Of a DNA stretch of 64,000 nt, positions 29,877-41,113 are shown piece by piece; position 1 is the stretch's first letter, and the number at the start of each line of letters is the position of its first letter. Made by a program: the position numbers and the translations under genes. The notes beneath the pieces were generated by a model. It was not told where the DNA came from. It did not search any database and saw only the letters and a program-made list of their open reading frames with translations. The DNA is taken from contig CAXXSR010000002.1 of NCBI GenBank assembly GCA_963662615.2, positions 256,001 through 320,000 on the forward strand, given 5' to 3'. Origin of the DNA: Dehalococcoidia bacterium. Lineage in GTDB: Bacteria > Chloroflexota > Dehalococcoidia > Bin125.

Positions 29877-32800
29877 ATGCGACTCGACGTACGCGTGCAC
29901 TCTGCGATCGGCCTGACCGCCGAAGAGGGCCGGCGCCCCCGTCCAGCCCTGGTGTTGGCCTCCGCCGCCGTGGTAGTGGCGGTGCTCGCGGCCGCCCTGA
30001 CGCTCATCCTGACGCCCGGAACGGCCCACGGCGCCAACTTCACCGTCAACAACTCCGCTGATCAGGGCGACATCAATCCCGGCGACGGCGTCTGTGAGGC
30101 ATCGACGACCCCGCGCGGGTTCGTGAGCATCTGCACGCTGCGCGCCGCCATCCAGGAGGCGAACGCACTCCCCGGCGACGACACGATCGCGCTGCCTGCC
30201 GGCACCTTCACGCTGACCATCGCCGGGGCAGGCGAGGACGCCGCCGCCACGGGTGACCTTGACATCACTGTCTTCAACAAGGTGACGATCACCGGCGCAG
30301 GAGCCGCCTTCACCACCATCAACGGTGGCGGTATCGACCGCGTGTTCCACGTGCAGAGCTTCGCAACGCTGGTACTCTCGGGGGTCACCATCACCAATGG
30401 CAACGCGGGCGCCGCCCCCGGCGGCGGCATCTTCAACGTCGGCAGCCTGACGCTGACCGACAGCAAGGTCACCAACAGCACGGCCGACAACGGCGGCGGC
30501 ATCTATAACAGGGCCGGGGAGAGTCTCCCGTTCTTCTTGCCGGCAGCTGCGGCGACACTGACGAACGTCGAGGTCAATGGCAACTCGGCGAACGGGAACG
30601 GGGGCGGAATTTGGAACGGCGGCACGCTGACCGGATCGGGCGTCACCGCCAACGCCAACACAGCCGCGGCCGTGGGGGGTGGCATCTTTAGCAGCGGCAC
30701 GCTGACGCTGACCAGCAGCACGGTGAGCGACAACACGATCACCACTACTGGCTTCGGGAGGGGCGGGGGGATCTGGAACGGTGGCAGCGCGGCCATCACC
30801 AGCACGACCATCAGCGGCAACTCCAGCGGCGACGAAGGTGGTGGCATCTGGAACAGGAGCACTCTGAGCCTCACCGGAGGCTTGGTCGGGTCCAACGTAT
30901 CCGCGAGGGGGGGGCGGGCTCTACAACACCAGCGACGGCTCGGTGGACGTCAGTGGCGGCACCTTCCAGGGGAACGACGGAGGCTTCAGCGGCGGCGGGG
31001 TCGCGAACGTCGGCGGCACGATAACGCTGACGAACTCCGTCCAGATCGTCGGCAACTCCGCCGGTAACGGCGGCGGCATCTACCACATCGACGGGAGCGC
31101 GTCCCTGACGAACACGACGATCAACAATAACGCAGCCGATGGAACGGTCAACAGTGGGGACGGCGGCGGTATCTACATTGGGCAGAGCTTCGACGCGCTC
31201 GCGGAATCGGCGCCGCCGCCGACGCTTGTGCTGACGAACAGCACGATCAACGCCAACACCGCCATTCGGAATGGCGGTGGCATCCTCAACTCAGGCGGCA
31301 TACTGACACTGACGGACAGCTTAGTGACCGACAACGACGTCGGCTTGGACGGCGGCGGCATCGCGACCAGTGGCACACTCACGGCGACGAACAGCCAGAT
31401 TACCGTCAATACCACCACCGCGGGTAGCGGCGGCGGCATTCGGAATAGTGGCACGCTCACACTCACGGACAGCGACGTGCGCGGCAACATCGGCGGGACC
31501 GACGGCGGCGGCATTTACCAGGACGGCCAGTCGGCCTCACTCACGCTGATCAACAGCACCGTGCGCAGCAACCCGGCGGCGAACGGGAGCGGCGGCGGCA
31601 TCAGGATCGACGACGGGAGTGCCTCGCTGACGAACAGCACCGTCAGCAGCAACTCGGCGTTCGTGAGCGGCGGGGGCATCTTTCTCCAAGGCGGGGCCGT
31701 CACGCTGACGATCCTCAACAGCACGATCAGCGCCAACTTCGCCGTCTCGGGTGACGGAGGCGTCGTCCGCGCTGGCGGCAGCGCCACGTTGCAGAACTCG
31801 ATCGTGGCCGCCAACATGCCGACCGACTGCAGTGGTGCGGTGGTCTCACTCGACAACAACCTCGACAGCGATAGCTCCTGCAACCTCGGCGGGGCGAACG
31901 ACCTCCCCGGTGTTGACCCGCTGCTGGGCCCGCTCATGAACAACGGCGGCCCCACCGAGACGCACGCCCTGCTGACAGGGAGCCCGGCCCTCAACGCCGG
32001 CAACGACGCGGCGGCGCCGGCGACCGACCAGCGCGGCTTCCCCCGCCTCGGCACCAGCGACATCGGCGCGTTCGAGTCCCAGAGCACCGACCTGGACGGC
32101 GATGGCTTCGATGACATCGCGGCGGGGGGGACCGATTGCGATGACACCGATGCCAGCATCTTCCCCGGCGCCACGGAGATCCCCGACGACGGCATTGACC
32201 AGGACTGCGACGGCAGCGACCTCAGCATCGACGCCGACGGCGACGGGATTGCCGACGACATCGACACCGACCCGACGACCTTCTTGGACGCGTTCGACGA
32301 CGGCGCCGGCAACTTCGGAACCATCACGGACCGGGACGGCCTCACCGTCACCGTGACGGATTTTCCGGGCGACGTTGTTATCATCCAGGTGGCCGGCGGC
32401 GGCGGCACGGCCACGGTCAGCATCTGCGGTGCTTTCCAGTTCAACCTCACCGCCGGCGACGAGCTCGGGTTCAGCTGTAGCTCCGTCACCGTCACGGTCA
32501 CGGTGGGACCGGTTGAGCTCCCTCTTCCCGACGGGGTGAGCGTCGTCTCGATTGACAGCGGCGGCATCGCGACCGTCAGCGACAACGGCGACGGCACCTA
32601 CACGGTGGCCAACGAGCCCGACAGCAGCGCCGACGTCACGGTTACCGCCGACGAGACGGAGTCGGTGCTCGCTCCCGGCGAGAGCACGACGTTCGAGGTC
32701 GTTGTGACCACGGTGACCTTCTCGCTGGTGGGCGGCTTCAACGCCGTCGTCTTCCCCGGCGCGCATGCCACGCCCATCGAGGAGGTGGCCGCCGCCGTTG

Positions 32801-33261
32801 GCCCGGCGCTGGACGCCGTCTTCCAGTTCGATGAGGGCACGCAAGTATGGTTAGTCCACCGTCCCGGCGTGGCCATCCCCGGCCTGAACACGCTCCTCAG
32901 CGTGAATCAAGGGGATGTCCTGTTCATGCGCGTGCCGGCGGACGCAGCTGCCACTTTGATGTGGGATGACGTGCTGGCGGCGGGGCCGGTCAATGTGGAT
33001 CTATCGCCGGGATTCACGTACGTCGGCTTCACCGGCGCGGACGGCACGACGCTCGCGGATCTCCTGGCCGGTCTCCCTGCGGGCGTCAGCGCGACGTTCC
33101 GCTACGGCGCCCAATCGCAAGGGTACGACGTCTTCCGTCCGGGCCAGCCGAGCTTCCTCAACACCTTTGACGCCGCCAACCGGCTCGACGGTCTGTTCAT
33201 TCTGAATGCGACGGACAACACGGCCACGCTGTCGTGGGAGCAGGTGGGCGCCGACGGCTGA
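29877..33261 (+). pseudogene. Large exported CSLREA-like/Pmp-like GGGI-repeat surface protein, frameshifted at G8 (30907-30914)
   Basis: Signal peptide; CTLRAAIQEAN; many GGGI(F/Y/W)N repeats; [24 protein letters not shown] (choice-of-anchor Q-like); [12 protein letters not shown]; two ORFs join if one G is removed. Confidence 0.85.
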
Positions 33262-33331
33262 TCGGCGTCGCGGGCGAGGCGGGGCGCAATCCCGCAGTGG
33301 CGCCGGGGCGGCGCTGAGGAGGAGGACGACC

Positions 33332-34504
33332 GTGGTGCGCTACGCAATCTCGGCGGATTCGCACGTGGTGGAGCCGCCGGAGGTGTTCGCCGGGCTGGCG
33401 GAGCGCTTCGGGGATGAAGCGCCGCGCATGGTGCGCACGGCGGAGGCGGGCGACACGCTGGTGATCCCGGCTCGCGGCGCCACGGGCCGTCCCGCCGGAC
33501 GCGTGAGCCTGGCCGGGCAGCGGCTCGATCCTGGACGAGAGCGCGCCAGGAAAGAGGGGCACAAGCCCGCAGCCGAGGATGAGGCCGATCCCGAGGTGCA
33601 GCGGATCATCGCGGGAGGCTACGCCGACATTCGCAAGGGCATTCTTGACCCTGCCGAGCGGCCCGGCGACCAAGAGCTCGACGGCGTCAAGGCCGAGTTC
33701 CTCTACCCCACGCTCATGTTTGACGTCTTTGGGCTCGAGAACACGGAGATCATCGACGCGAGCTTCCGCAACTACAACGACTGGCTGGCAAGCTACTGCG
33801 CCGAGGCGCCCGATCGGCTCCTTGGCCTCCCATTGATTCCCCTCCAGGACCCGGAGGCGGGGGCCGCGGAGTTGGAACGCGTGATCAATCTGGGCTTTCG
33901 TGGGGGCTGCATCCCCTGCTCCGCACCGGCCACCCGTCTCTACGGCGATCCGCGCTACGACCGGATCTGGGCGATCGCTGAGGAGGCGGGATTTCCGCTG
34001 AGCCTGCACGTGGGCACCGACGCCCATGGCGGCGCCTCCCGCCCGAGCGGCAATCCCATTGGCGACTACGCGAGCGTGTTCAGCACGATCCAACGGTCGA
34101 TTGCCGATCTCATCTGCTACGGCGTGGCGCACCGCTTCCCGCGGCTGCGCTTTGTCTGCACGGAGTTCAACGCCGGTTGGATCGGGATCTGGCTGGACCG
34201 GCTGGACCAGGGCTACGAGCGGCAGTCGACGGCCGCGGCGCCCTATCTTGACCTGCTCCCCAGCGAGTACTGGGCGCGGCAGTTCTCGGCCACCTTTGAG
34301 GATGATCGGGCGGCGGTCCTGACGCGGGAGCTGGTGGGCGTGCGGAATCTGATGTGGGGGAACGACTACCCGCACCGGGATTCGACCTGGCCGCACTCCG
34401 CGCAGGTCCTGGACGAGATCTTCCGTGGCGTGCCGGACGCGGACCGCGGCGCCATGACCGTGGACAACGTCGCGACGCTCTACAGGCTGCCGCCTCCCGC
34501 CTGA
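33332..34504 (+). CDS. Amidohydrolase_2 family protein
   Basis: ISADSHVVEP, YNDWLASYC, SLHVGT, MWGNDYPH. Confidence 0.92.
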   Translation: MVRYAISADSHVVEPPEVFAGLAERFGDEAPRMVRTAEAGDTLVIPARGATGRPAGRVSLAGQRLDPGRERARKEGHKPAAEDEADPEVQRIIAGGYADIRKGILDPAERPGDQELDGVKAEFLYPTLMFDVFGLENTEIIDASFRNYNDWLASYCAEAPDRLLGLPLIPLQDPEAGAAELERVINLGFRGGCIPCSAPATRLYGDPRYDRIWAIAEEAGFPLSLHVGTDAHGGASRPSGNPIGDYASVFSTIQRSIADLICYGVAHRFPRLRFVCTEFNAGWIGIWLDRLDQGYERQSTAAAPYLDLLPSEYWARQFSATFEDDRAAVLTRELVGVRNLMWGNDYPHRDSTWPHSAQVLDEIFRGVPDADRGAMTVDNVATLYRLPPPA

Positions 34505-34564
34505 CCCGGCCACGGGCTCAGCGCCGGTGCCGGCCGTGCGCCCGGTTCGACGCGGCGAGCGCCC

Positions 34565-36874
34565 TCAGCTCCTCACGACCGCGTTCTCCAACGCCTCCAA
34601 GATCGCTCCGGGGCTCATGGGCAAGGCCGTGAGACGGACGCCCGTGGCGTCATGGATGGCGTTCGCCAGGGCCGCGAGGGTGGGCACGATGGGCACTTCG
34701 CCGACACCGCGCAGGCCCAACGGATGGCGCGGGTTGGGCACCTCGATGATCACGGTCTCGATCATCGGTACGTCAAGCGCCGTGGGCATGCGATAGTCCA
34801 GCAGGCTCGCGTTGCGCAGCGTGCCCTGATCGTCGTAGGAGTACTCCTCGTTGAGCGCCCAGCCGATGGCTTGGACGGTGCCGCCCTGGAGCTGCCCTTC
34901 CACGTAGTCGGGATAGACCGAGCGCCCGGCATCCATGAAGGCCGTAAAGCGGAGGATCTCAACCTTGCCGGTCTCGGGGTCAACCTCCACATCGACGATG
35001 TTGCCGGCGAAGATAGGCCCCACGCCCAGGTTGCGATTCGTGGCCGAGCAGGTGATCGGTCCGCCGGTGCTGAGGAGTTTGCCGACGAGCTGCTTGAACG
35101 TCAGCCGCTGATCCGGGTTGGTGGCGCAGACAAAGACGCCGTCGTGGAACTCTACGTCGTCGGCCTCCGCCTCCCACAACAAGGCGGCGCGGGCCGCCAT
35201 CTGCTTCTTCACGTCCTCGGCGGCGGCGATGGCGGCGAGGCCGGTATCGAAGGTGACGCGGCTGCCGGCGGTGGCGCCCGTCCAGCCCACCGAGTCGGTA
35301 TCAACGACGATCGGCCTCACGTCCTCCACCTGGAGATGAAGCGCCTCGGCGGCGTGCATGGCGACGGAGGTCCTGGTCCCGCCGATATCAACGGCGCCGG
35401 TGATGAGGTTGATGGTGCCGTCCGCGTTGACGTTGATGGTGGCGGACGAGACGCCACCGGCGTTGAAGCGATAGCCCATCGAGACGCCGCGGCCGCGGTT
35501 GGGGCCTTCGATGGGAGCGTTGAAATGCGGGTGGGCCACCATGGCCTCTTCAAGCTCGCGACAGCCGATGCGCGGAAACTGGATGCCGTTGGCCATGCGG
35601 TCGCCCTCTTCGGCGACGTTCTTAAGCCGAAACTGCATGGGCTCGATGCCCAGTTTTTCGGCGAGCTCGTCAATGACACATTCCACGGCGTAGGCGGCTT
35701 GGGGTTGCCCGGGGGCGCGATAGGACTGCACCTTGGGCTTGTTGCAGACGACGTCGTAGCCGTCGACGAGGAAGTCGTCGATCTTGTAGGGCCCCAGGCC
35801 GCACATCGCGCCGCCGCCCACAGGCGAGCCGGGAAAGGCTCCCGCCTCGAAGGCCAAGTAGAGCTGCGCGGCCGTAATGCGGCCGTCCTTGGTGGCCCCA
35901 ATCTTGCAACGCATGTGCGTCCCGGAGGTGGGCCCGGTGGCTTCCAAGACCTCTTTGCGGGACATGATCATCTTGACGGGCCGGCCGCTCTGGCGAGACA
36001 GCACGGCGGCGACGGGGTCCAGATAGGTGATGATCTTGCCGCCAAAGCCGCCGCCGATCTCCAGAGGGACGACGGTCACCTTGGATTCGGGCAGGCCGAC
36101 CATGGCGGAGGTCAGCGAGCGAATGCCAAAGGTGGACTGGGTGCTGGTCCAGATGGTGAGGTGGCCGTCGGCCGCCCAGAAGGCGGTGGAGGCGTGGGGC
36201 TCAATGTAGCCCTGGTGGACCATGCGCGTGGTGAACTCGCGCTCGACGATGACGTGCGCCTCCCGAAAGCCGCGCTCAGGGTCCCCGCGCTGGTGCTGGA
36301 TGTGCCCGGCGACGTTGCTGCGCCGGCCGGAGTCCTCGCCGCGCTCAAACCGCTCAGCGCGGATCCGGGTGGTCATCCCGTCGTGCAGGAGGGGGGCGTC
36401 GTCCCGCATTGCGTCCTGGACGTTGAGGACGGCGGGCAGCACCTCGTAGTCCACCTCGATCAGCTCCAGCGCATCTTCAGCGATGTGGGGGCTGGTCGCC
36501 GCGACGGCCGCGACCGCGTGTCCGCTGTAGAGCACCTTTTCACGGGCGAGGACGTTCTCCGCAAGCATCCGCGCGTTCGCCTGCAGCACCGCGAAATCAA
36601 TGACTGCGTCCTCCAGGATGGGGAGATCGGCGGCGGTAATAACGGCCTTCACGCCGGGGAGGGCCTGCGCCCTGGTGGTGTCAATGGAGCGGATGCGCGC
36701 ATGGGCGTGGGGGCTGCGGAGGATCTTGCCGTGGAGCATGCCGGTTATTTGGACATCAGCGCCGTACTTGGCGCGACCGGTGACCTTGTCCAGGCCGTCG
36801 TGGCGAATGGGATTGGTGCCGATGACGTTGAACTCTGCCGTCGTTTCAGCCGCTGGTTTAACTTCAGTAGTCAT
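34565..36874 (-). CDS. Xanthine dehydrogenase family molybdopterin-binding subunit
   Basis: KVTGRAKY, LRSPHAHA, HQGYIEPH, IGGGFGGK, YRAPG, RGVGE. Confidence 0.93.
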   Translation of the reverse strand: MTTEVKPAAETTAEFNVIGTNPIRHDGLDKVTGRAKYGADVQITGMLHGKILRSPHAHARIRSIDTTRAQALPGVKAVITAADLPILEDAVIDFAVLQANARMLAENVLAREKVLYSGHAVAAVAATSPHIAEDALELIEVDYEVLPAVLNVQDAMRDDAPLLHDGMTTRIRAERFERGEDSGRRSNVAGHIQHQRGDPERGFREAHVIVEREFTTRMVHQGYIEPHASTAFWAADGHLTIWTSTQSTFGIRSLTSAMVGLPESKVTVVPLEIGGGFGGKIITYLDPVAAVLSRQSGRPVKMIMSRKEVLEATGPTSGTHMRCKIGATKDGRITAAQLYLAFEAGAFPGSPVGGGAMCGLGPYKIDDFLVDGYDVVCNKPKVQSYRAPGQPQAAYAVECVIDELAEKLGIEPMQFRLKNVAEEGDRMANGIQFPRIGCRELEEAMVAHPHFNAPIEGPNRGRGVSMGYRFNAGGVSSATINVNADGTINLITGAVDIGGTRTSVAMHAAEALHLQVEDVRPIVVDTDSVGWTGATAGSRVTFDTGLAAIAAAEDVKKQMAARAALLWEAEADDVEFHDGVFVCATNPDQRLTFKQLVGKLLSTGGPITCSATNRNLGVGPIFAGNIVDVEVDPETGKVEILRFTAFMDAGRSVYPDYVEGQLQGGTVQAIGWALNEEYSYDDQGTLRNASLLDYRMPTALDVPMIETVIIEVPNPRHPLGLRGVGEVPIVPTLAALANAIHDATGVRLTALPMSPGAILEALENAVVRS

Positions 36875-37091
36875 GCTGTTCTCTCCGCGCCGCCCTGACA
36901 TGGCCGCTGTGATAGGGCTCCCGCGCCGGCGCACGATGGCGCCGGATGCTCCGCCTGATAGTACCGTCCGCAGTCCTGTTCGGGGAGATCGGGTGAGCCG
37001 AGGAGGCTTGTGTCGGTGCGCCTCCTCTCCCCGCAGGGTAGCCGCCGGCGGCGGTTGCGGACCTTGCTCGTCCCGCCTATAGCCTGATGGC

Positions 37092-37559
37092 ATGGAGCAC
37101 GTTGTTGAGGTCAGGCGATCCATCCGTGCCTCGCGGGAGGCCGTTTGGGCGGCGCTGGCAGAGCTGCCGCAGTGGCACAGTTGGGACCCGTATATTGCGT
37201 CGGTGCGGCGCGTCGATGGAGGAGGCGCCGGTGCGGGCCCCCACTGGTCGCCGGGCGCTCGCTGGGTGGAACGGGTGCGACGGGGTCCGTTCCGGCCGAC
37301 GTTCCAGCTCACGGTGACGGCGGTCTGCGCCGGCGCTTCCTGTGAGTGGCAAACCCGGTACCTCTGGGTTACGGTGGTGCATCGCTGGACCGTTCAGGAC
37401 CATGCCGCCGGCTGCGAGGTCGTCAGCCGCGAGCGCTTTCAAGGGCCGGCGCCCGTCATCGGCATCGCCAAGGGGCTGTTCCGCGCGTTCGGTGTGGAGC
37501 GCATGACGCGGCGCTCGCTGGCGGCGCTGGCGGATCATGTTGAGCGGGACGACGGCTGA
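37092..37559 (+). CDS. SRPBCC/polyketide cyclase family protein
   Basis: I.ASREAVWAALAELPQWHSWDP pattern. Confidence 0.75.
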   Translation: MEHVVEVRRSIRASREAVWAALAELPQWHSWDPYIASVRRVDGGGAGAGPHWSPGARWVERVRRGPFRPTFQLTVTAVCAGASCEWQTRYLWVTVVHRWTVQDHAAGCEVVSRERFQGPAPVIGIAKGLFRAFGVERMTRRSLAALADHVERDDG

Positions 37560-37721
37560 GTGAGCGGGCGCGGTCCGCGATGATCGTGGGGCCGTCAATC
37601 ATCGCGAGGAGCCGGCCGGTGGCGGTCAACTCACCCGTCGCCGGTTCCGTGGCGGAACGAGGACGTGGGAGCGGTGGGGTCGAATCACGCCAGCCACCGC
37701 GAGACCCTGGAGGTTGAGCCA

Positions 37722-38192
37722 ATGGACGACGGTCCCGAAGTGCGTGCAGTCGGCGATTTCGAGCCCCGCGAGGTCCGGGGGAGTTGCGAGGCGGACTCGC
37801 TCCGCGTCGATCTCGAGCATGGTCACCATCGCTGGAGCCTGGATGAGCCGGCCGCAGCGGGTGGCAGCGACCAGGGTCCGACCCCCGTTGAGGCCTTCCT
37901 GGGCGGACTCCTCGCTTGCATGGTCTTGACCTACCGCATCTTAGGTCCGTACCAGAAGGTCGCCATCCACCGGATTGAAGGGCGCGTCCGCGCGACGCCG
38001 CAGCGCCACGTGAAGGAGATCGCGTTGGAGCTGGAGGTGTGGAGCCCGGCGCCGGCGGAGGAGATTGAGGCGATGCTTCCCCGCGTCAAGCGCAACTGCT
38101 ATGTCAGTGCGGTGCTGAAGCCCGAGATCGCCTTCCGCGTTGACGTGCGTGTTCGGCCATCACAGCAAGTTGAGGGTGAACAGCAGCCTTAA
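37722..38192 (+). CDS. OsmC family protein
   Basis: DEP...GGSDQGPTPVEAFLGGLLAC...CYVS; GGAGG RBS. Confidence 0.88.
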   Translation: MDDGPEVRAVGDFEPREVRGSCEADSLRVDLEHGHHRWSLDEPAAAGGSDQGPTPVEAFLGGLLACMVLTYRILGPYQKVAIHRIEGRVRATPQRHVKEIALELEVWSPAPAEEIEAMLPRVKRNCYVSAVLKPEIAFRVDVRVRPSQQVEGEQQP

Positions 38193-38228
38193 TTCGTCCC
38201 CGCGCGCGGGGACGGACTTGCCAACATG
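38114..38228 (+). repeat. 115-bp direct repeat, copy 1 (osmC 3' end plus downstream flank)
   Basis: Ungapped match to 43513-43627: 73/77 identical, then 27/38. Confidence 0.9.
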
Positions 38229-38390
38229 GAGGCCGCCCGCCGCGCGGCAGAGCAACCAGGATTGGCGCACATTGGCGTCCTGCAGGGACGAATCAGGCGG
38301 ATACGATCCGCGTCGGATCGCCGGCAGGTGGCGGCGTTCCGCTACAATGGGCGTCGTGACAGGGATGATCCCGGAGGAGGGAGCACGCGC

Positions 38391-39311
38391 GTGCTGCACA
38401 CCGTCTTGTTGGCTGAGCCGCGGGGCTACTGCGCCGGCGTTGTGCGCGCCATTGAAGCGCTCGATGGCATCCTGACGCGAGAGCCGCCGCCCGTGTACGT
38501 CTTCCACGAAATCGTGCACAACCGCTATGTCGTGGAAGGCTTCGAACGGCGCGGGGCACGATTCGTGGACTCCCTGGAGCAGGTGCCCGAGGCCGCGCTG
38601 GTGGTTATCAGCGCGCACGGCATCTCGCCGCGCGCGTTGGCCACGGCGCGCCAGCGACGACTCCGCGTGATTGACGCGACCTGCCCGCTCGTCACGCGCG
38701 TCCACCTGGAATCGACCAAAGCAGCCAAGGATGGCTATCACATCCTGCTCGTCGGCCACGAGGGACACGACGAGGTTGCGGGGACGAAGGGCGTGGCGCC
38801 CGAGGTGACGACAGTCGTGGACACGCCGGGGGACGTGGCCGGATTAGCCGCGAGCACCGCGCCCGTCTTCGTGGTGACGCAGACGACGCTCTCGGTCGAG
38901 GACACGGCGGAAACCGTGGCGGCGATTCGGCAGCGATTCGGTGACGCCGAGATCCGCAACGACATCTGCTACGCCACGACCAACCGGCAAGCGGCGGTTC
39001 GGGCGATCGCGAAGCGGGCCGGGCTGGTGATCGTCGTCGGCTCGAAAAACTCGAGTAACACCGTCCGGCTCGTCGAGGTGGCGCGCCGCAGTGGGACCAC
39101 GGCGTTCCGCGTCGATGGGATTAATGACATCGATCCTGCGTGGTACGAGGGCGTAGAGATCGTGGGGCTCACGTCCGGCGCCTCCGCCCCGGAGGCGTTG
39201 CTCGAGCCAATCATCGAAGACCTGCGACGGCGCGGAGCCACGAATATTGAGCCGGTCATCGTCGCGGAGGAGTCCATCGAGTTCAACCCGGCCGAGGAAC
39301 TCAAGATCTAA
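38391..39311 (+). CDS. ispH: 4-hydroxy-3-methylbut-2-enyl diphosphate reductase
   Basis: PRGYCAGV, EIVHN, SAHG, DATCPLV, QTTLS, DICYATTNRQ, NSSN, TSGASAP. Confidence 0.96.
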   Translation: MLHTVLLAEPRGYCAGVVRAIEALDGILTREPPPVYVFHEIVHNRYVVEGFERRGARFVDSLEQVPEAALVVISAHGISPRALATARQRRLRVIDATCPLVTRVHLESTKAAKDGYHILLVGHEGHDEVAGTKGVAPEVTTVVDTPGDVAGLAASTAPVFVVTQTTLSVEDTAETVAAIRQRFGDAEIRNDICYATTNRQAAVRAIAKRAGLVIVVGSKNSSNTVRLVEVARRSGTTAFRVDGINDIDPAWYEGVEIVGLTSGASAPEALLEPIIEDLRRRGATNIEPVIVAEESIEFNPAEELKI

Positions 39312-39656
39312 GGGTCGCGGTGGTACCCGTGCTTCTGGGCTACCTCCGCGTCCACCTTCCCCAGTGGATGTGCCACCGAGCCGTGGGAATTCGATGCGGC
39401 CGCGCCGGGCAGACAGGCTCGACTCCCGCTGCGCAGCCAACAGCGGCGCAGAACCTGCAGGTGGCCCGTCCCAGGGCGGCGACGGCGACGGCAGCATGCG
39501 GACTTGGTCGGTGCGCATCCCGGGCTCCTGCCGGTGATGCTCGCGAGTCGAGGCGCGGCGAACTGGGCCGGAAGGTAGCGCCAGCTCCAAGCCATGCGTT
39601 ATCCTCGCCGCGCTGCGTAACTTGGCACGCCTGCGGCTGCTCTGTGAGGGACCGCC

Positions 39657-40844
39657 ATGAAGGTGATTGAGGTCGAGACGTTCGTCGTGGACGGGGGACG
39701 GCGCCCCTGGTTCTACAGCGCCGTCCGCACCGACGAGGGGCTGACCGGCTACGGCGAGTTCGGCTCCTGGGAGTTCCCTCGCGGCCTCCCCGCGCTCGTG
39801 CAAGACCTCGCCGAGTTCGTGATCGGGCGCGATCCAACCGCTGTCGATAAGATCTGGCTCGACATGTACCGGGCGACGCGCCAGGCCCCCTACGGGGCGA
39901 CGACGATGGCGATGGCCGGCATTGAGCTGGCGCTGTGGGACCTGAAGGGCAAGAGCTTGGGCGTCCCCGTCCATCAGCTGCTGGGCGGGCCGTTCCGCGA
40001 GCGGCAGCGTGTGTACTGGTCGCACTTGGGGTCGTACCGGGCGGCGAACCCGGAACTGTACGGCGCGAAGCCGTTGCGCAGCATGGCGGACCTCGCCGCG
40101 TGTGCCGTGGAGGCCGTGGAGGCCGGCTACACGGCGTTCAAGACGAACCTCATCTTCCCCGGCGAGCCGGCGCGCCTGATCAGCCAGGGGTTCCTGGGGC
40201 CCGAGCACGACCAGGAGCTCTCGACGGAGCTGATCCGCCATGCGGTGACGCAGATCGGCGCGATGCGCGACGCCGTCGGCCCCGAGATCGACATCTGCCT
40301 CGACATCAACTTCAACTTCAAGCCGCAGGCCGCGATCCCGCTGGCTCGCGCGCTGGAGCCGTTCGGCCTCTACTGGCTCGAGATCGATAGCCAAGATCCG
40401 CACGCGCTGGCGCAGCTGCGGGCCTCGACGCCGACGCCCATCTGTAGCGGCGAGCAGCTCGAGACGGTGCGCCAGTACCGACCCTACTTCGAGCTGCACG
40501 CGATGGACACCGTGAAGGTAGACGTCCAGTACCAGGGCTTTATGGCGGCGAAGCGGGTGGCGGACCTGGCGGAGCTGTACGAGCTGAACATCGCACCGCA
40601 CAACTTTAACGGCCATCTCGCCACGTATCAGAGTCTGAACCTCACGGCGGCGGCGTCGAACGTGCGCATCATGGAGGCCGACCACGACGCCGCCCCCTGG
40701 CGCGATGAGCTGGTCTCGGCGCCTCCCACCGTCGAGGGCGGCTACATCGCCATTCCGACGGCCCCCGGCTGGGGCACCGACCTCAACGAGGAGATCGCCC
40801 GACGCCACGCCTGGGGCGGACAGTCAGGCCACTGGAATCGATAG
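39657..40844 (+). CDS. Mandelate racemase/muconate lactonizing enzyme family protein
   Basis: TDEGLTGYGE, IELALWDLKGK.LGVPV, AFKT, W.E.D, GE, APHN. Confidence 0.92.
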   Translation: MKVIEVETFVVDGGRRPWFYSAVRTDEGLTGYGEFGSWEFPRGLPALVQDLAEFVIGRDPTAVDKIWLDMYRATRQAPYGATTMAMAGIELALWDLKGKSLGVPVHQLLGGPFRERQRVYWSHLGSYRAANPELYGAKPLRSMADLAACAVEAVEAGYTAFKTNLIFPGEPARLISQGFLGPEHDQELSTELIRHAVTQIGAMRDAVGPEIDICLDINFNFKPQAAIPLARALEPFGLYWLEIDSQDPHALAQLRASTPTPICSGEQLETVRQYRPYFELHAMDTVKVDVQYQGFMAAKRVADLAELYELNIAPHNFNGHLATYQSLNLTAAASNVRIMEADHDAAPWRDELVSAPPTVEGGYIAIPTAPGWGTDLNEEIARRHAWGGQSGHWNR

Positions 40845-41113
40845 CGTTTCCAAGCGGCCGCGATCCTGCGAGCACACCTCTGAAGTCGCCGCCGTGCGGT
40901 TCGCCCGGTGCGCGATGCCGGCATCGACGCTCATTCTGCTCCAGCGTCGTCATGCAGACGGCTGAAGTTCGATTCGCAGGCACGCGTCGCCGTCACGATG
41001 ACCCGATCGTGCAACTTTCTCCCGCTCCTTCGCGTGAAGAAGTGCGAGAGGCGCTACGGGGGCGCACCGTTCTCTTCCGGGACGTGGCCGGCCGCCTGCT
41101 GCGGGGGTCGGTC

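Noticed and set aside
34565-36874. Aerobic CO dehydrogenase CoxL
   Set aside because: The active-site motif is YRAPG rather than AYRCSFR, and there are no coxM/coxS neighbours
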